Shown here piece by piece: positions 13,385 to 27,888 of a stretch of DNA of 64,000 bases. Every line of letters starts with the position of its first letter. Within the stretch, counting starts at the first letter, position 1. Location of the stretch: contig OZ316899.1 in assembly GCA_973895155.1 (NCBI GenBank), forward strand, positions 14,139,934 through 14,203,933, given 5' to 3'. Under the pieces are notes generated by a model. It was not told the DNA's origin, ran no database searches, and saw only the letters and a program-made list of their open reading frames with translations. The translations under genes and the position numbers were made by a program. Source of the DNA: Marsupella aquatica. Taxonomy: Eukaryota > Plantae > Marchantiophyta.

Positions 13385-13630
13385 GAGGAGAGAAAAGATG
13401 GTGAGATGAGAAAAAGATATCAATATGAGGAAAAAATGTTGAGGGTGAAGAAAGATGTTGTGGTGAGATAAAGATGACCAGGTGAGAAAAATATGGCAAA
13501 ATGAGACAAATATAATATATATGTTGAGGTGAGAAAAGATCTCAAGGTGAGTAAAATATGTCAAGATGAGCAAAGATCTTGAGGTGAGAAGATCTTAATA
13601 TGAAGAAAAGATGTCAAGATGAGAAAATAT
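13385..13630. repeat. Degenerate ~19-bp minisatellite array
   Basis: About 12 units resembling GAGAAAAGATGTCAAGGT; related to 1380-1515. Confidence 0.75.
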
Positions 13631-14014
13631 TTTATCTGTATTTTATTTATATTTGAAATTATTTCAAAAAAATTAGAATTTTTAATTTATTAATAAAAAA
13701 TTCAATTGTGACAGGTATGGGAAGGTTAAAGGGTAGCTTGTGCAGGAACTTATTTTTAGAAGGGATGTATGGATAGATCTTAAAGTGTGGAAAAAATTAT
13801 GTTTTAATAAACATTCAAAATTGATTGTCACTTTTTTTAGTTTATAAAGGGTCCGTATCATGATTATAGTGGTACATGGTAAAGGGAGGTCTCCTTCATA
13901 CTCTTGCATTGCTAGAGACCCTCCTTATTTTCTTTGTACTATTAAATTCATTTGGTGCTTGGAACATTGCTCTCCAATTTCATTCACAAAAGAAATCATT
14001 CTTTCATGTTTTTC

Positions 14015-15445
14015 ATTTTGGGGATATTGCAAATTTGAATGACTACTATAATAAAAACAAGTAACATTTTATTATAGCTTTTGATATGGTCTTTGTAATC
14101 TAACCTATTTTTAATTATCCTATTTTAATTAAATTACTATCATTATTATATTTTGCAATATTGTAATACTTATAATAATATATAGTATCATATATATTAT
14201 GTACTTTTATATTTCATGTGTATACCTCCTTGATACTCATGCATGTACATTCACTCTCTTGTTTTGTGTGCCCCATTGGTTCTAGCATTGGCTCCCTACT
14301 TTTGTGTCTCCCATTTGATTCCCCGTTTGTTTGGAATGTATTTATTATTTTTTGGTGCACACTAAATTTAATATAACCTTTATTCCTTCTCTTTGACATT
14401 GTTAATGCTTTTTGGACACTTCAAATTTGAATGACGACCACTTCATAAAAAGGCGCAACCTTGTATTATAGTTTAGGATTATAAAATCTCTACAAAAATA
14501 AGACTATGGCTTTTTATTGATTAGTAACACATACATTTGGAAAAAAGAAAACCAAATGTTTCTCCTCTCATGAAGGTGGTCTATATTAAGGCAGTCTCTT
14601 TTGAGCATGATTATTATGACTCTACACTTATGGGTTTTTTCCTGGTTTCCATTTGCCGTTAAAATTGATGAGAATTCTTTGTCAAGGGAAAAGATGTGTC
14701 CAAAAGTTATGTGAGTCTACTTAGATTTTCTTAATAGACCCACCTACCCATTATAGCCACATGTCAACTCACCTTGAATTTCCAGTCACCTTGATATTAG
14801 AATTCTTTTATGGATGTTAGTGCCATAGTCTAGGTGTGGGTGGAAGCGCATCCGTGTCCCAAGCTATGGGAGAGTCTTTATTCTTCCTTGCACCCAGTCT
14901 CATGGACATGAATATTTAGGCCTTAAATCCAAGGGTCATAATGAGTTCCCTCCAAAACTGCATTTTGTAAGCAGACGATAAGTAAAAAAGGGCGGGATTT
15001 AGGGTTTAGGGATTTAGGGTTTAGGGTTTAGGGTTTAGGATTAAAAAAAGAAAAAAGAAAAAAAGAAAAAAGGGCGGGATAGTATATTATAGTGAGTAGA
15101 TTTGTAATCAGTATGACTCTTCTTATGACACCGACGATCATGTGGGTACTTGATATAATGATATCTATGTCTAGGCATGGAGAGGAGTATTTCTTATGCA
15201 TGGATTACTTCCTAGGGATGGATGGTACTATGCATAGATGGTCTAGGAAGTACTTCATTATTGTGCATTGGTATTCTGCAGTACTCTTTATTTCTTACTT
15301 GGAAAACGTGTCACCCTTTCCCTCACACTAAATATAATTCTATTTATGTTTATTCCTTCTCTTTGGTCCATTCATTACTTTTTGGACACTGCAAATTCAA
15401 AAGACGACCACTGCATAAAAAGGCGGAACATTGTATTATAGTTCT
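14015..15445. repeat. Three dispersed copies of a ~70-120-bp AT-rich unit (~14015-14085, ~14358-14473, ~15327-15445)
   Basis: Copies 2 and 3 share tttggacact-caaatt-aa-gacgaccac--cataaaaaggcg--ac-ttgtattatagtt; copy 1 is more diverged. Confidence 0.7.
14999..15080 (+). repeat. Interstitial telomeric (TTTAGGG)n insertion with an A-rich tail
   Basis: About 5-6 TTTAGGG units plus an (A6-7G)n tract, flanked by direct copies of AAAAAAGGGCGGGAT (14984-14998 and 15066-15080). Confidence 0.85.
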
Positions 15446-18400
15446 TGATGATTGATGATTCGAATTGGTTACAGGAGTTGGGTTTGCGAGTGGAGGAGTT
15501 TGTTGAGGGCAAATGAACGATTGCAGTGTGACAATTAAGTAGAGGGCTGGCGCCTGGGCGTCTTTAAGGTTTAGAATTTGGGTTGGATGATCCTTTGAAG
15601 CCTTTACAGTGTCATTTTTGCTTCATTTGTTTGGTGTTGTTCTCTTCAAGAGCGGAGGCGGGTTGAGGAGCTGGCCATAGTGGACAATCTTGTGGTAGGC
15701 ATTCAAGCGGCTCTCCACCCGGCACCAGCATTGGAAGCTATGAGGCTGCACCAAAGCTTGGACAATTTAGGTGAATGATGGAAGGACGTCGTGATGAAGT
15801 GCAAGGTAGGATCAGGGTGTGCGGCTCCGGGGCCAGCAAAGATTGCTCAATCCGCTGAGTCCAGTGGTTGAAACTCATTTTGCTATGAACTCATTATTAA
15901 ACCACCCCGTCGACCCTGCGCGACTCTCGCCCGAAAAGCCCGTGGCTCCCCCCACGTTATACTACTTAAGTAGGATAGGATAAGGCATCCCCAAAGGGTT
16001 GTGAGCTGGAGGGGTGTTTTGCAGCCCATCATCCACGGGAGGGTTTGGTTTTTAAGAAACATTTGCCTCACTACTATATATGGACTTTACTGTCTTGTAA
16101 GGATGGGCCTGGCGAATTTCTGCCTATAAATTCCATACCAACATCTTATTGCTAATCTGAGCACTGTACCCGAGTTGGATTCAGATAGAGAGATGGATAT
16201 ATGGTTTGCATCGATGATATATGATTTGCACGGTTGGGGTGGGGGGGGGGGGCGGTGTGGAGAGCCCAATTGGGGGGTTTAGGGTGATGGGAAGGTGTGG
16301 TGCTGTTGTAACTTGGGTCGAAATTAGGACCTTGACCTTGTGTGTTTACAACGGAACCCTAAAATGAACACATTCCCCCAATAAATGCCAAAACTTTTGC
16401 AATGGCCAAGTACAAGTTTTGAAATTGCGAATGGTCTACAAAGAAAATGCTCAAATGCTCGGCAAATAGTACTCTTTCTTGAGATGAAAAGTCGTAGCCC
16501 TATGTGAACCGTCTGACCACGACGACGACCCTTCCACAGCGACCACATGCAACTTTTAATGTAGAAAACAACCTATTGTTGTAGGCATTTGTGATGAGAT
16601 TAGCTCCGTGAGGGTTTCATTCCAGGAGCCGCGTTCCCAGGTTCCTACTAAACCCTCATGTTCAGTTCGTGCAAATTTTCACTGAACGAGTGTACTTGGC
16701 CTGTAGACTTCATCTGCCGCAGATTTGACCTCCAAACCTTTCTCATCACGCGAGCCGGTAATTGGGCTATCATGCACAGCCCTGTTTTTGAGAAGGGCTT
16801 GATGAGATCAATTTCCCAACGTACACGCTCATATCTCGCTGGCCCTAAACTGAATGATTCCTTCTACTGTAGCTCAATCTCTTGTACACACGTGGATGAA
16901 TGTCTGCGGTACGGTTGTTCAGCCCCTTGTAGTCTCTGGAAAATGTCACAAATAGGATGCAGACAGAGTTTGTGGATAACGGAGGAGGTCATTCTCCCCC
17001 CTTTTGCTTTGATCCGCTCCCTGTTTTCCCGTTTATTTTTCTCCCCTTCTTTTGGTCCTGATTTCTTCATTGCCTCAAATTTTCAAATGACCTACTGACT
17101 AAATCTCCTTTATTGTGCTTGTCTCCAAATTTGCAAGGGGATTGATTGATGTTGAGGGCCAAAAAACAATGCCACTTAGCCAGGTGCGTGGATGGTTTGA
17201 ACCGTCTGTACTATGGATCTTGGCTTGACCCTGGCAGAGTTATTTTAGAACTCGTCGAGAAATGAGGTCAGTTCCGGCTTACCGTTTTTTTCTCAAGACA
17301 GGGTGCGCTACCTTTGACATTCCGGAAGAAGCCCCGCCCACTTTCATCCGGCCAAGATATAGGTCACGCCTATTGTGACGAGGCTTGATTCGAAGGAGAT
17401 GTGAACAAAGCTAAGATACTCCGGAGGTATTGATGACAAAGATGAATATGGAACCAGCAAAGGCGGTTGTTGGAGTGTAGTAGAAGAAGAACATTCAGAA
17501 GCAGTGCCATGGCGTTTAGGGTAGAGGATACCGCCGACGACCTGAGAAGTACAAATTTGGAGATTGATTGACCTACCTGGAGACTCGGAAGACAATAGCT
17601 CTGAAGCAGTTTGTATCAGAGATGTTTTCATACGGTTGAGGGGCAGGCATTTAGGGTACCCCTCAAAACCGAAGGTGGATGATCCAGTTGCCTTCAGACT
17701 CACGGGAAGGTGGTTCGGAAGTGGGAACGAAAACCTTTAATTTTACATCAGTGGGAGGAAATGGAGACCAAACTGCCCCGAAACAGTATGTACAGAGAGA
17801 GTAACTTTCATCGAGCAACCTCTTCCCTTGTCTAGGTTGTTGAGTGACTGGAGGTATGAGCTGAACATGGCAAAAACTTCGGCCCGCATCATAGCAGCAT
17901 AAGCCCAGGAGTGTAAGAGGACAAACAATGAGGGAGTTGGAATCAGAAGGGAGGCTGGTACAGGAAATTACTTGTCCGGGTAAGGTAGGATGGAGCAAAG
18001 GAAGAGGTACAGATGTTGGAAAAAAGTTTTAGGGTTTAGGGTGCAAAACTTTCAAAATTGCAAGGGAGAAACAGAGGGGTTTGAGAGAGGAGAGGCAATG
18101 GGCGTTATGTAATTATAGCATCAAAGGATGTACACGGTATGGTCAATGAAGACGACCCGAGTAGGAGAAGAAGTAGCTAGGGAGCTCAGTGTTGGAATGC
18201 AAAATGAAAATGAAGATTGAATTGCGACGAATGCGCATTTTAGGCGAGGGGAAAAAACAGATTTGTGTCTAGCTAGGCTACATATTCCAAACGTTATCCC
18301 ACAAAGAACATGGTATGTCGACCCAACCCCGAAACCCTATGAGAAAATGCAGCAGTGCAATAATGTGGGATGTGAGCGGACTACGCCGTGACTAGGGTAG

Positions 18401-18577
18401 ATTATATACACTACGCCCGTGAGTGGGTTTAGGGTATACACACATGTTGCTATAGAGGACCGGTCCCAATTTTAGACTTGCCTGTTCATGGTATGCATCT
18501 GGGTATACTCAGGTTTTTCCGGTTTTGGTGACAGGTTGGATGTGTTGAACGTACCGCCGGACGCTTGAAGGCACTTG

Positions 18578-20584
18578 TGTCACGCGATTGACATGGGTCT
18601 TAACACCAAAAACGTCACTATGGGTGCCAAAACCATCTCCTTGTACCTGAGGATCACGAAGGGATGTTGTGAAGGCCGGTAAACACCAGTTTATGCCCTT
18701 AACACCAGATTATCATAGCAAGACTCCGTCACACATCACCCAAGCTTAATCCCTAAGAACCAAGGTTGGGAATCAGATCCAGTGCTCATGATAGTTCTGG
18801 TGAGAAGGGGTCTTCATATCGGGCCCGTACACACAGGGCCTAGCGCTATGGTGCGCATATGTCTATACGTATGCTTACTGTCATAGATATATTTCTATTC
18901 CGCCACCGGAATGTACCCATAAACCAGTGACTCCTGACTGATTCCCGGCTTAGAGACTTCTAAGCCATTGCCCCACCACTCTGCCATTCCACTCTCAGCA
19001 ATCAGAGCTGTGACAGCCCTCACCCAACCCACTTCAATGCACCCGGTACACCTCTCAGTGGCGTTGCTAGTCGCATCATACACTCAGATTGCCTCACACA
19101 CACACACACACATCCATGAGAGAAATGAGGCCTGAGAGGAAAACTCAATTAGATTCAAAGATGTGCACAATAGTTCACTGAGAACACTTGATCAAAAAAT
19201 AGGCCCCAAGGCTGTCTCCTCCAGATTGCGACGTGCTTGCCCCGCAAGCCCCGTGCTTGCCATGCAAGCTCAATCCTGAACCTGAGCCCGGCTCACTCCA
19301 GATTGCGACAATAGATTGGACTCGAACCAATCCCGTACTTGCCTTGCAAACTCAATCTTGAACTCAACCTCCTTCATTGCACTTCATTCTTGGGGGCACG
19401 TACAGATCTCACACCTCCATTCAGAACGTCAAGTTACGCATGCACAGTTGACTCGACTTCAAAGCTGGTACCAGGCCTAACAACGATCTATCCCAGACTG
19501 CAATGAGGCCCGGCCTCACGCTTGCCCTGCAAGCTCAGCTCTGGCCATAAATCCCTTAGTGGTCTCTACCAGACAAAGGCCGGGACTCCCCATGGATCAC
19601 GTAGCCTTGCCAGACTGAACTGTAAATGCTCCTCCTGCTGCCCCTCAATCAGTGTCTCAGCCTTCCTAATGTGCTCACCGCAAATCACATTGACATCCTC
19701 CCCACAATTTACAATCACCAACACATCACCTATCACCAAGGCTCTGTATCGGGGGAAAAGAACCCAGTTGTGTTGCCTACTAGAACGAGCCACAATCCAG
19801 CTTGCAAACCTGGCTAACTGTTGCTGTGAAGCGTGGCTGATTACTCCCTGAGTAATAGCACAACCAAGCTCTCCCCAACACACAGCTTCCAAGCCCAGCC
19901 TTCCTTGCATAGAGCTCCCCCGCAACCGAGAGAGGGTACTCACTGCTGCGCTAACCCGAGTTACATAGCTAACCCGAGTTTGGCTAACCTAGCTATCCTA
20001 TCTAACCCGAGTAGAGCTAACCCGTGGTCTTGGGTTAGGCCGCTACCCGCTATCCGCTAACCTAGGCTAAGCTGAGCCCAAACCCGAACTTACTTATGCT
20101 AACCCAAGCCCGAGTTCAGTCTAACCCGGGATCAATCTAATCCGAACCCGGGTTAAGCCTAAGCTGAAGCTGTTCTTACTTGAGTTAAGCTGAAGCCGTG
20201 CTCACCTGAGCTAAGCCGTGGTCGAGCTTAGGTTAACCCGAAACCAAAGCCGAATCCGCTAATTCCGGTCACAAGTTAACCCGTGACACTAATCAGGCCG
20301 TATCTTCCTTAATACACCTCCGTTTCCCGAGTGTTTTATATCGATTTTACTCGCCTTGACCAGATCTTTCCAATGCTCTTTACAGATCCGGATTTGGTGA
20401 CATATTGAAAGAGATATGGTCGCCGACCACCCGTGACATAGCTTTTATTTCCCTACTCTTAACGCCATGATTGCCCTTATTCTTGCCATCTTGCTAATTG
20501 TTATGCAATATCAATAACTACTCCTTGCATACAACAACCTAGTTACTCAGATTATAGAATAAGGACCATGTCATCGGCGTCACA
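18578..20584. mobile_element. Solo LTR (2007 bp)
   Basis: Termini TGTCACGC...GCGTCACA with a perfect 5-bp TSD ACTTG (18573-18577 and 20585-20589). Internal AACCCGAG-rich repeats at ~19950-20280. No pol motifs seen. Confidence 0.85.
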
Positions 20585-22174
20585 ACTTGCAATTTAAAGA
20601 GTTGAGCCTCGGAGACAATCAAACGATGGAAGATGTACAATAGGGGTGTAAGTCGTAAGCTGTACCAAGCTCCATGACTTGAATGTTGAATGAACCAATT
20701 CGTGTTGTGAAGGGATTTGCATGAATAATTGTTGGAGAGTGAGTGGTGGGAAGGTTTTTTTAATGGTGCGTGCGAAATGCTTGTAGTGAATGGCTAAAAT
20801 TGAGTAGATCATGGGCTGCTTATGGGCTGCTTTGTAGACAACGTCATGTACCTCATACGTACAAGCAACAAATACAAAAGACATTTAGTGTTATTTTTCC
20901 TGTTCATACCTGCCCCACTCTTAACTTACACTACTACATATTTGCCGTTTTTGCAAAGGTCATTTACAAGGGGATAAACAAACCACGAAGCGCCATTCAT
21001 CGTTCATCTTGCGATGCAAACCGCATCGCAAACTGCGACACTGACACCATCGCAACCACTATTTGCGAAACCCAAATCTTCGCAAATATTTGCGAAACCA
21101 AATATCTCCCAAAATGTTTCTTAACCTTTGAGCATTCTACTTAGTAGCGATGTTTACCGTTTTGCAAACAACTTGCGACGCCGAATGCATCGATAACGTT
21201 GCGATACTTCTGTAATCAGAAAACGGCTTGCGATGCAAAATTGATCGCAATACTGCAAAACTTAGAGAATTGCTACTTTGCGATATGGTATGGCTCGCAA
21301 AATCAAGGCGCCTCAGTGGTTCTCTTTAGAGAAAGCTTGAGTTTTGGAAAGTTGAGATACGCATTGCTTCGGAATGTAGCGATGGTGTTGAGATGGGATC
21401 TAGCGATGAGATGGGGATCGCTAATGTAGCCATGAGGTTAAGATGGGTGGGGGTTTGCAAAATGGTTTGCAAAATTGGTTTTGGGGTTTGTTAGATTTAG
21501 AAAGGGCATGGGACAAGGAATGGAGGAAGGAGGGTCAAGGAGAGAGGAGGGAGGAGGTACAAACAGTTTTAGGGAGGTACACTTTAGGAAGAAAAGGAGG
21601 AGGAAGGGTTGACTTAAGGGGGGACAAGGAACAAAGGGAGGAGGGAGGAGGGCGGTTTAGGGTGCACAAGGAAATGAGGGAGAAGGGAGCGTACCTACCT
21701 ACAGTTTAGGGAGGGAAAAGGAAAGGAGGGAGGAGGGAGGGAGGGTGGAAGGTATAGGTTTAGGAGGGGGACAAGCCAAGGAGAGAGGAGCATAGGTTGA
21801 GGACAATGAAAGGTGGAAAAAATTGAGGGCATGTATAGGTTTTAAAAAGGAAGGGGTTGAGACAAGGGGAGGAGGGAGGTGGGTACAAGTACTAGAGAGA
21901 AAGGCTAGGGGGTGGGAGAAGGAAAGCTACGAGGAGGAATGACTACAAGCAACATGAGTTTTCTTTTCATAAAGTGTACCAAAAGGTGTGGGAGTGTACA
22001 TAGGACTTTGGGGATGGAAGATGTAAAAAAGCCACATTTAAAATTGATATACTTACAAGATTGATTTGGGCAAACATAAATTTATTAATAATTTAGAAAC
22101 AGATATTTCTCCAACCAAGAAGAGAGATCCTCATATGTTCAAATCTAACTATATATCCACATAACATATACCCC

Positions 22175-23713
22175 TCAAACTTGGTCTTCATCCTCTTCAG
22201 GTTGGGACACAACCAAAATATTTGGCTTTTCCCCAACAACTGAACGAGATCGTGGCACATATGTGATGACAAGTGACCATTCCTCTGGGTTTGGGGGGTA
22301 TGGAATATAGAAACATTGTTCCACATGACTTGGAAAAGTGAACGGCTATGATGTTTGCCAATGAGATGGCTGGAAACTAGTGGAGATGTCTTTAGCCGTG
22401 TAAATCCACACTCATCTTGAAGCACGGTGGGATTGTTACCTGCAAGGTTCACTTTGAACCACTTGCACTTGAAGACATACTCTTCAAACTTTGATTGTGC
22501 ATCATAAGAGATCACTAGGATCTCCTCTATCTTTCCATAATGTGGCACAACATCTCGAATAATATTTGTGTCATGGCGACTACTGCGGGAATCTTGAGAG
22601 AATTGTCCTTGAACTCCACAATCAAAGGTACGACCCCTCTTCTCATCAAGGGAAGAAACTCTAAAATCCATCAAACCATAAGGACATGTTACAAAAATAG
22701 GCATAAACATATAACAATTAATATCACATGCCAAAAAAATGTCTTTTCAATATATGTGGGTGCATTACACATAAATTACAATCATCATAGATGAAAGGTT
22801 ACTAAGGTACTTGGAAATAACCTGAAATGTCTCCCTTGTGTCCACATTGCCATCCTTGTTGTAACCATTCTCAAGGGACCATGAACAATGGTACGGACGT
22901 CATCTGTGATAGCTGGAAAATGTAATACATTCTCTCCCCTCGCTACCATGTCATCCACCTCAACCAACTTCTCCTTCATGTAGTCATGGTACTTTGGAAA
23001 GATCCTTGGTCTTCTACTGGTACTTTTGGCATCCTCATAGAAATCCCTCCATTCTTCCATGATAGTGTTGTTACTCAACATGAATATGGTTAGTTGTTTC
23101 AACTCCACTGGTGTCAACATGCGGGTTTTGATAGCACCTATTAAACGATCCTCCTCATCTTCCCTCTCCTCTACCCAAGTACGGGGAGAGGTACGATCAA
23201 TTGTGGCCAATATGTTACTGCAATAGAACATACTCTCTGCTGCCAAGTATCTTGTAGCCATGTTTCCCTCAACCCGTGCCCGGTTACGTACATAACCCTT
23301 TAATACTGCCATGTACCGTTCCAACCAATACATCCACCGACAATGCACAGGACCAGCAATGGCCACCTCATGAACAAGTAAATGCACTTGGCAATCAAAA
23401 AAGGAAGGAGGAAGGGCCTTTTCTAACTTGCATACCACCTCTGCTGCCAGTACCTCCATTCCCGGGATCTCTTCACAATATATCCCCTTAGAACATACCC
23501 ATCTCAATAGTTTTCCCAATGACCAAATGGCATCTTGCACTTCTGAACTTGCCAAACCTATTATGGCCACGGGCAATATATGCTGCAATAACCGATGATA
23601 GTCATGCGTCTTGAGATACATTGGCCACTTATAATTGTCCTCCATCCCAAAGGCTTTCCGGAGATTGGCACCATAACCAGTAGGAAACCGCATGCCTCCT
23701 ATACGATTCCTAA
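22175..23713 (-). pseudogene. 3' half of the outer TnpD/Tnp2-type transposase (DUF4218/DUF4216-type region)
   Basis: Motifs LKTHDYHRLLQ, PPSFFDCQVHLL, GPVHCRWMYWLER, YVRNRARVEG, FKCKWF, QDECGF, PFTFPSHVEQCFY. Intron at ~22660-22820; frameshift and stop near 22375-22345. Confidence 0.92.
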
Positions 23714-24539
23714 CACTAGTAGAAACCGGGGGGTATTTAGACCCCATTAAACGACTATTCAGTACCGTATAGGACTTGGAAACGACTGGGAAGGACTCTA
23801 GTCCTTTATAGGACTGCGAGTCGTATGTTTTGTTACTATAATCAACTGAGTCCTTTATAGAACTGGTTTATAAGTCGTTTAATAGACTGGATTTTCAGTC
23901 TATTTTAGTCTTTGTGTGGGTAGCTTTGGTGAGTCGTTTTTAGTCTTTTATGGGCTGCGATGATGAGTCGTTGGGAACGACTAAAAAGGTTATGGAGGGT
24001 AGTCTTTAAATATACTTTGTGGGGTATGTATAAGTCTTTTATGTCAACTGGATATGAGTGATGAAGACCCCACTATACTACTTGGAATGAACCCACTCTT
24101 GTGCACAAATAACATATTGCATTCATGTTTTATTGTGTACTTGGAATGAACTCACTCTATAAGTTCACCATTCATCATGTTAACATTAGAATACATAGTT
24201 TCAGAAAGCCATCTTCTATACCATGTACACTAATATGAATTCACAGATTCAAACTTCATAGACTACAAAGAAGGTCACAAAGTATTCCTCTATACCATAC
24301 ACACTAATACTGAAATGATAAAATAGATTCAAGTATCATAGACAATCACCATAGAGCCATAGTTTGACATCAATCACTTGTTTCATACATACAGAATTCA
24401 GAAATATCAATGTCACACACAACGTCTCCTTCATCCTCTTTACCAAATGGAAAAATTGGTACAGATATTTCTTGGATCTTTCCAAGGCAATGTCAAAATG
24501 TGACACAATTCACATGATGCTATCTACACTTGCATTCAG

Positions 24540-27500
24540 TCACTGCAGACTAACACACTCTGATGGCCAGAGCACAAGAGATCCTACTGCATCTGCAATT
24601 ATTTCCTGAGGTGGATCATCGTCTCTATTCGGAAATGGCAAATTACAATCAGATACAATCACTGTAGTCAACAACATTACTACATGGTCATCCGGGACCA
24701 CTTTGCCATGGAATTTTGCATGATCCGGTCGCAAAATGCCTGTACCCACACATACCTGCGAGTCATCCTCTCATGATAGAAGATTATGGACTGGCTCTGC
24801 TGTGGCTATCACCTCCACCTTACCCTGGCTGTTTTTCTTGGCTTTCCTGGGTGGCTTATACATGACATTATTCATACCTTGGTTGCGAGTCATGACTTTG
24901 GCACGAGTGTTTTGTGCTGGTGATCGAGAATTGGCTACACTCTTCTTCAAAGAATCTGCATCCATATTTGACACTTCTGATTGTGTAGCAGGATTTCCCT
25001 GCGACATCATCTCAGTATTTGCCAACATTGTACTTGCTTCAATTGAAGCATCTACAATCTTACTTGCATCCAATGTTGCTCCCAAGTTTCGACGTCGCTT
25101 CACCCTACTCCCACTTGGTTGAGAGTCTGTCAACTCTGCATCAACTACAATTCAGTGTCATGTCCAACATAAGTCAATCACTCATCACATGTGCTAAATG
25201 TACATGTCACCAACCACAAAGTTGTCACTATCTCCTTACCATTATGAACAGCCTTCTTCCCCTTCTTTGCCATTGCCATATGCTCCATGTCTGCTTCTGT
25301 TGATCAATAAACACACCACAATATTCAGGTTGAATCTATTAACCACTGAATTGTTGCTCAACATTCATATAGAGGAATTTAAAGCATCAGCTTACCTGAT
25401 ACCTCCTTGGCTATGGTCACTGAGGCACTGGGCACATCTTCTTCATTATTGCTCTTTGAATCACCTGATACATCAATCATGATGTCACTTCAGATCCCAG
25501 TTCATCCAACCAGTTCTTACAGAAAAGATTACCTCCAACCGGCTTAAGCTTCACAAAACTCCATGCACTTTTCAAATGTAATGTATTGGATCATAGCAGG
25601 TTACCTGTCTCAGCAACCTTCTTGCCCTTCTGCTTACTGATTACAGGGTCCTTCTCTGCCTCCACTCTTCCTGCATTCAAACCATTCACTCAATTCATGA
25701 AAACTTACTTCTAACATTTGAACATAGGACACAATGAACAATGGGCCGGTGTCATTTCCATACCTGTGTCAGATTTGCCAATTCCCTTTTTTGTTAACAA
25801 GGGCACACTTTGTACAATGTTGCCCTCATTGTTTGGTTGGGAACCACCCAATTTTTCAATCACAAGCTTGAAATTAGATTCCACTGATGCAAGAAGGTTC
25901 GCTACAGATGCCTCCACAATATCCAAACGATCAGCCAATTTACTTTCCACTCGAGGGAGTCCACACTCTAATGACTTCAACCGTTCACACATCTCTATGA
26001 GAGTTGTAACAGTTCCCTGTCATAACACAGCTTACATATCTCAGATAACTGTCCCCAAGAACTGGTTGCTTACTTCCTACTACATTTCTTTCTGATGCTC
26101 AAGGCCAAATAGTCACAGAACATACAGAATTACAACATAATCACCTGTTTGGAAGTTACACTTGTCACCTCACTCCTTTGTTTCATGAACTCCTCTCTCA
26201 CTTCTTGTGCTGATGGTTCTTCACCTGTCAATTTCTTCTGCAGTCCACATCAACATACATATGAATGAAACCAAGTGTTGATTGTCAATGAAAATGTAAT
26301 AATGGTAGCAAGATGATAAGTTTGAGGCTTACTATCAGGCATGTCACTGCCTTACCAATTGTTCTTTCACTGGAGCATAACTTCCTCTCCCAGCCTGTGA
26401 AAGGTGTTTCACTTTGCCTCGAGCATTTGACATCAGTTCACTCTTGCTCTGTCCAGCCTCCGACATGAACCCTTTGATTAACCGTGTCCATTGATCCAGT
26501 TCCAATGATGGGGGTGGTGGCATTCTCCTGTTAGAACCATTGTCTATCCACATCCTTTTCAACCTATGCCTCTCTTGTTTCAAAATCCTCATTGCATAAT
26601 CTGATATGCAATCTTCAACTGGGCCCTTACCATCATTACCAACATACTCCCACCGTTCAAGAATGTCCTTGCAGATAGCAGCCCAATCAGCTTTGTTCTG
26701 ACTCCTAAACTCTGTAATGCTCAAATCTAACCAACGCAATACTTCTCCTCTTAGATCAGAATGCCAACGGTTCTTACCATCACATGTGGGAGTTATCCAA
26801 CCTTCGGAATTCACTTCTACTTTACCAAATTTGTTACTGTCTCCTGCCTTGGTACTCCCTGAAGCGCTACTAGGTGTCCCTCCACGGCCTGGTGTCCCCC
26901 CACGGCCTGGGGTCCCTCCACGGCCTGATCTCCCCCCACGGCCTGGATTGCATTGTCCAAACCTCCCTGGAGTCCCTGCACATTTACAGGATCCATTTAC
27001 AGTCACTTACATTAGGTAAGTATGAATCATAAATCCCGCTGCCAAATATACAGTGGACTTCAGAGCAATTCTGCAATGACCAAGTTACCTCTCCCTTGGC
27101 GCATAGATGGTTCTGGACCACCTGTCCTATTGCTTTGTCTTGATGAATTAGGGGCGTTTCTCCCGCCTGTGAATGATTGCCTCCTATCTGAACGTGGATG
27201 GCCTTTGTTGTTTTCGTGATTGTCCCAATCAGAGTCTGCATACCAACAGGTACATGCCACACTCATGGACCTGTAAGATAAACTCTTTGCCCTAGCTACA
27301 CATAAGATAAGTGCATATTGAGCTAAATCTCTACTATCATCACAAAATCACTAGCACAAGGCACTTACTTGTCCAATCATCCTCCTCACCTTTCCATTGC
27401 CCTCTGTACCCGTCTCTACCACGCTCTGGGTGTTCATATTCATCCCATCCATCTTCTGCTCCATCATAGTCATCATCATAATTATCAGGCGTCCCTTGCC

Positions 27501-27711
27501 AATAACTCTGGCTCCTTCTAGGGTATGGATTATGTGATTTCTCTCTAGCTGCCCACCTACCTGGGACTTGATGAGGGCCCTGTGCATCTTGCACAGGTGC
27601 ATTTTTCTGTGAGCCCCCTGCATCTGGGTCTCCATCCATATCCAATCTTTCCTCTTCACCCCACTCTCCAAGCCCCATGTCTGTCTCCATGTCATCACCC
27701 TCTTCCCCCAT
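24540..27711 (-). CDS. Multi-exon TnpA-like protein of the inner element
   Basis: Exons with GT-AG borders; PGRGGT repeats; Ptta/En-Spm-type motif NARGKVKHLSQAGRGSY; C-terminal FHGKVVPDDHVVM...LPFP...DAVGSLVLWP typical of Tnp1/TnpA tails. Exact exon borders partly uncertain. Confidence 0.8.
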
Positions 27712-27888
27712 AGCTTCTGCACAGCACCCACAACCAAACAGGGAGAATCAGCACACTAAATTCAAAGTATCAATCAATTTCATGCATATCCAACTATCCT
27801 AAACATCATTCCAGGCAGCAATTCCCGTTATGTGACTTTGTGCAGGTAGTCATCCTCAACCTCATACTTGCCAATCGCCAGCTGTTGC

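Noticed and set aside
22785-23747. Track ORFs 22785-23747 and 40241-40858 as separate genes
   Set aside because: They are halves of one transposase; their ends (MGSKYPPVSTSV, TLVETGAI) are translated TIR sequence.
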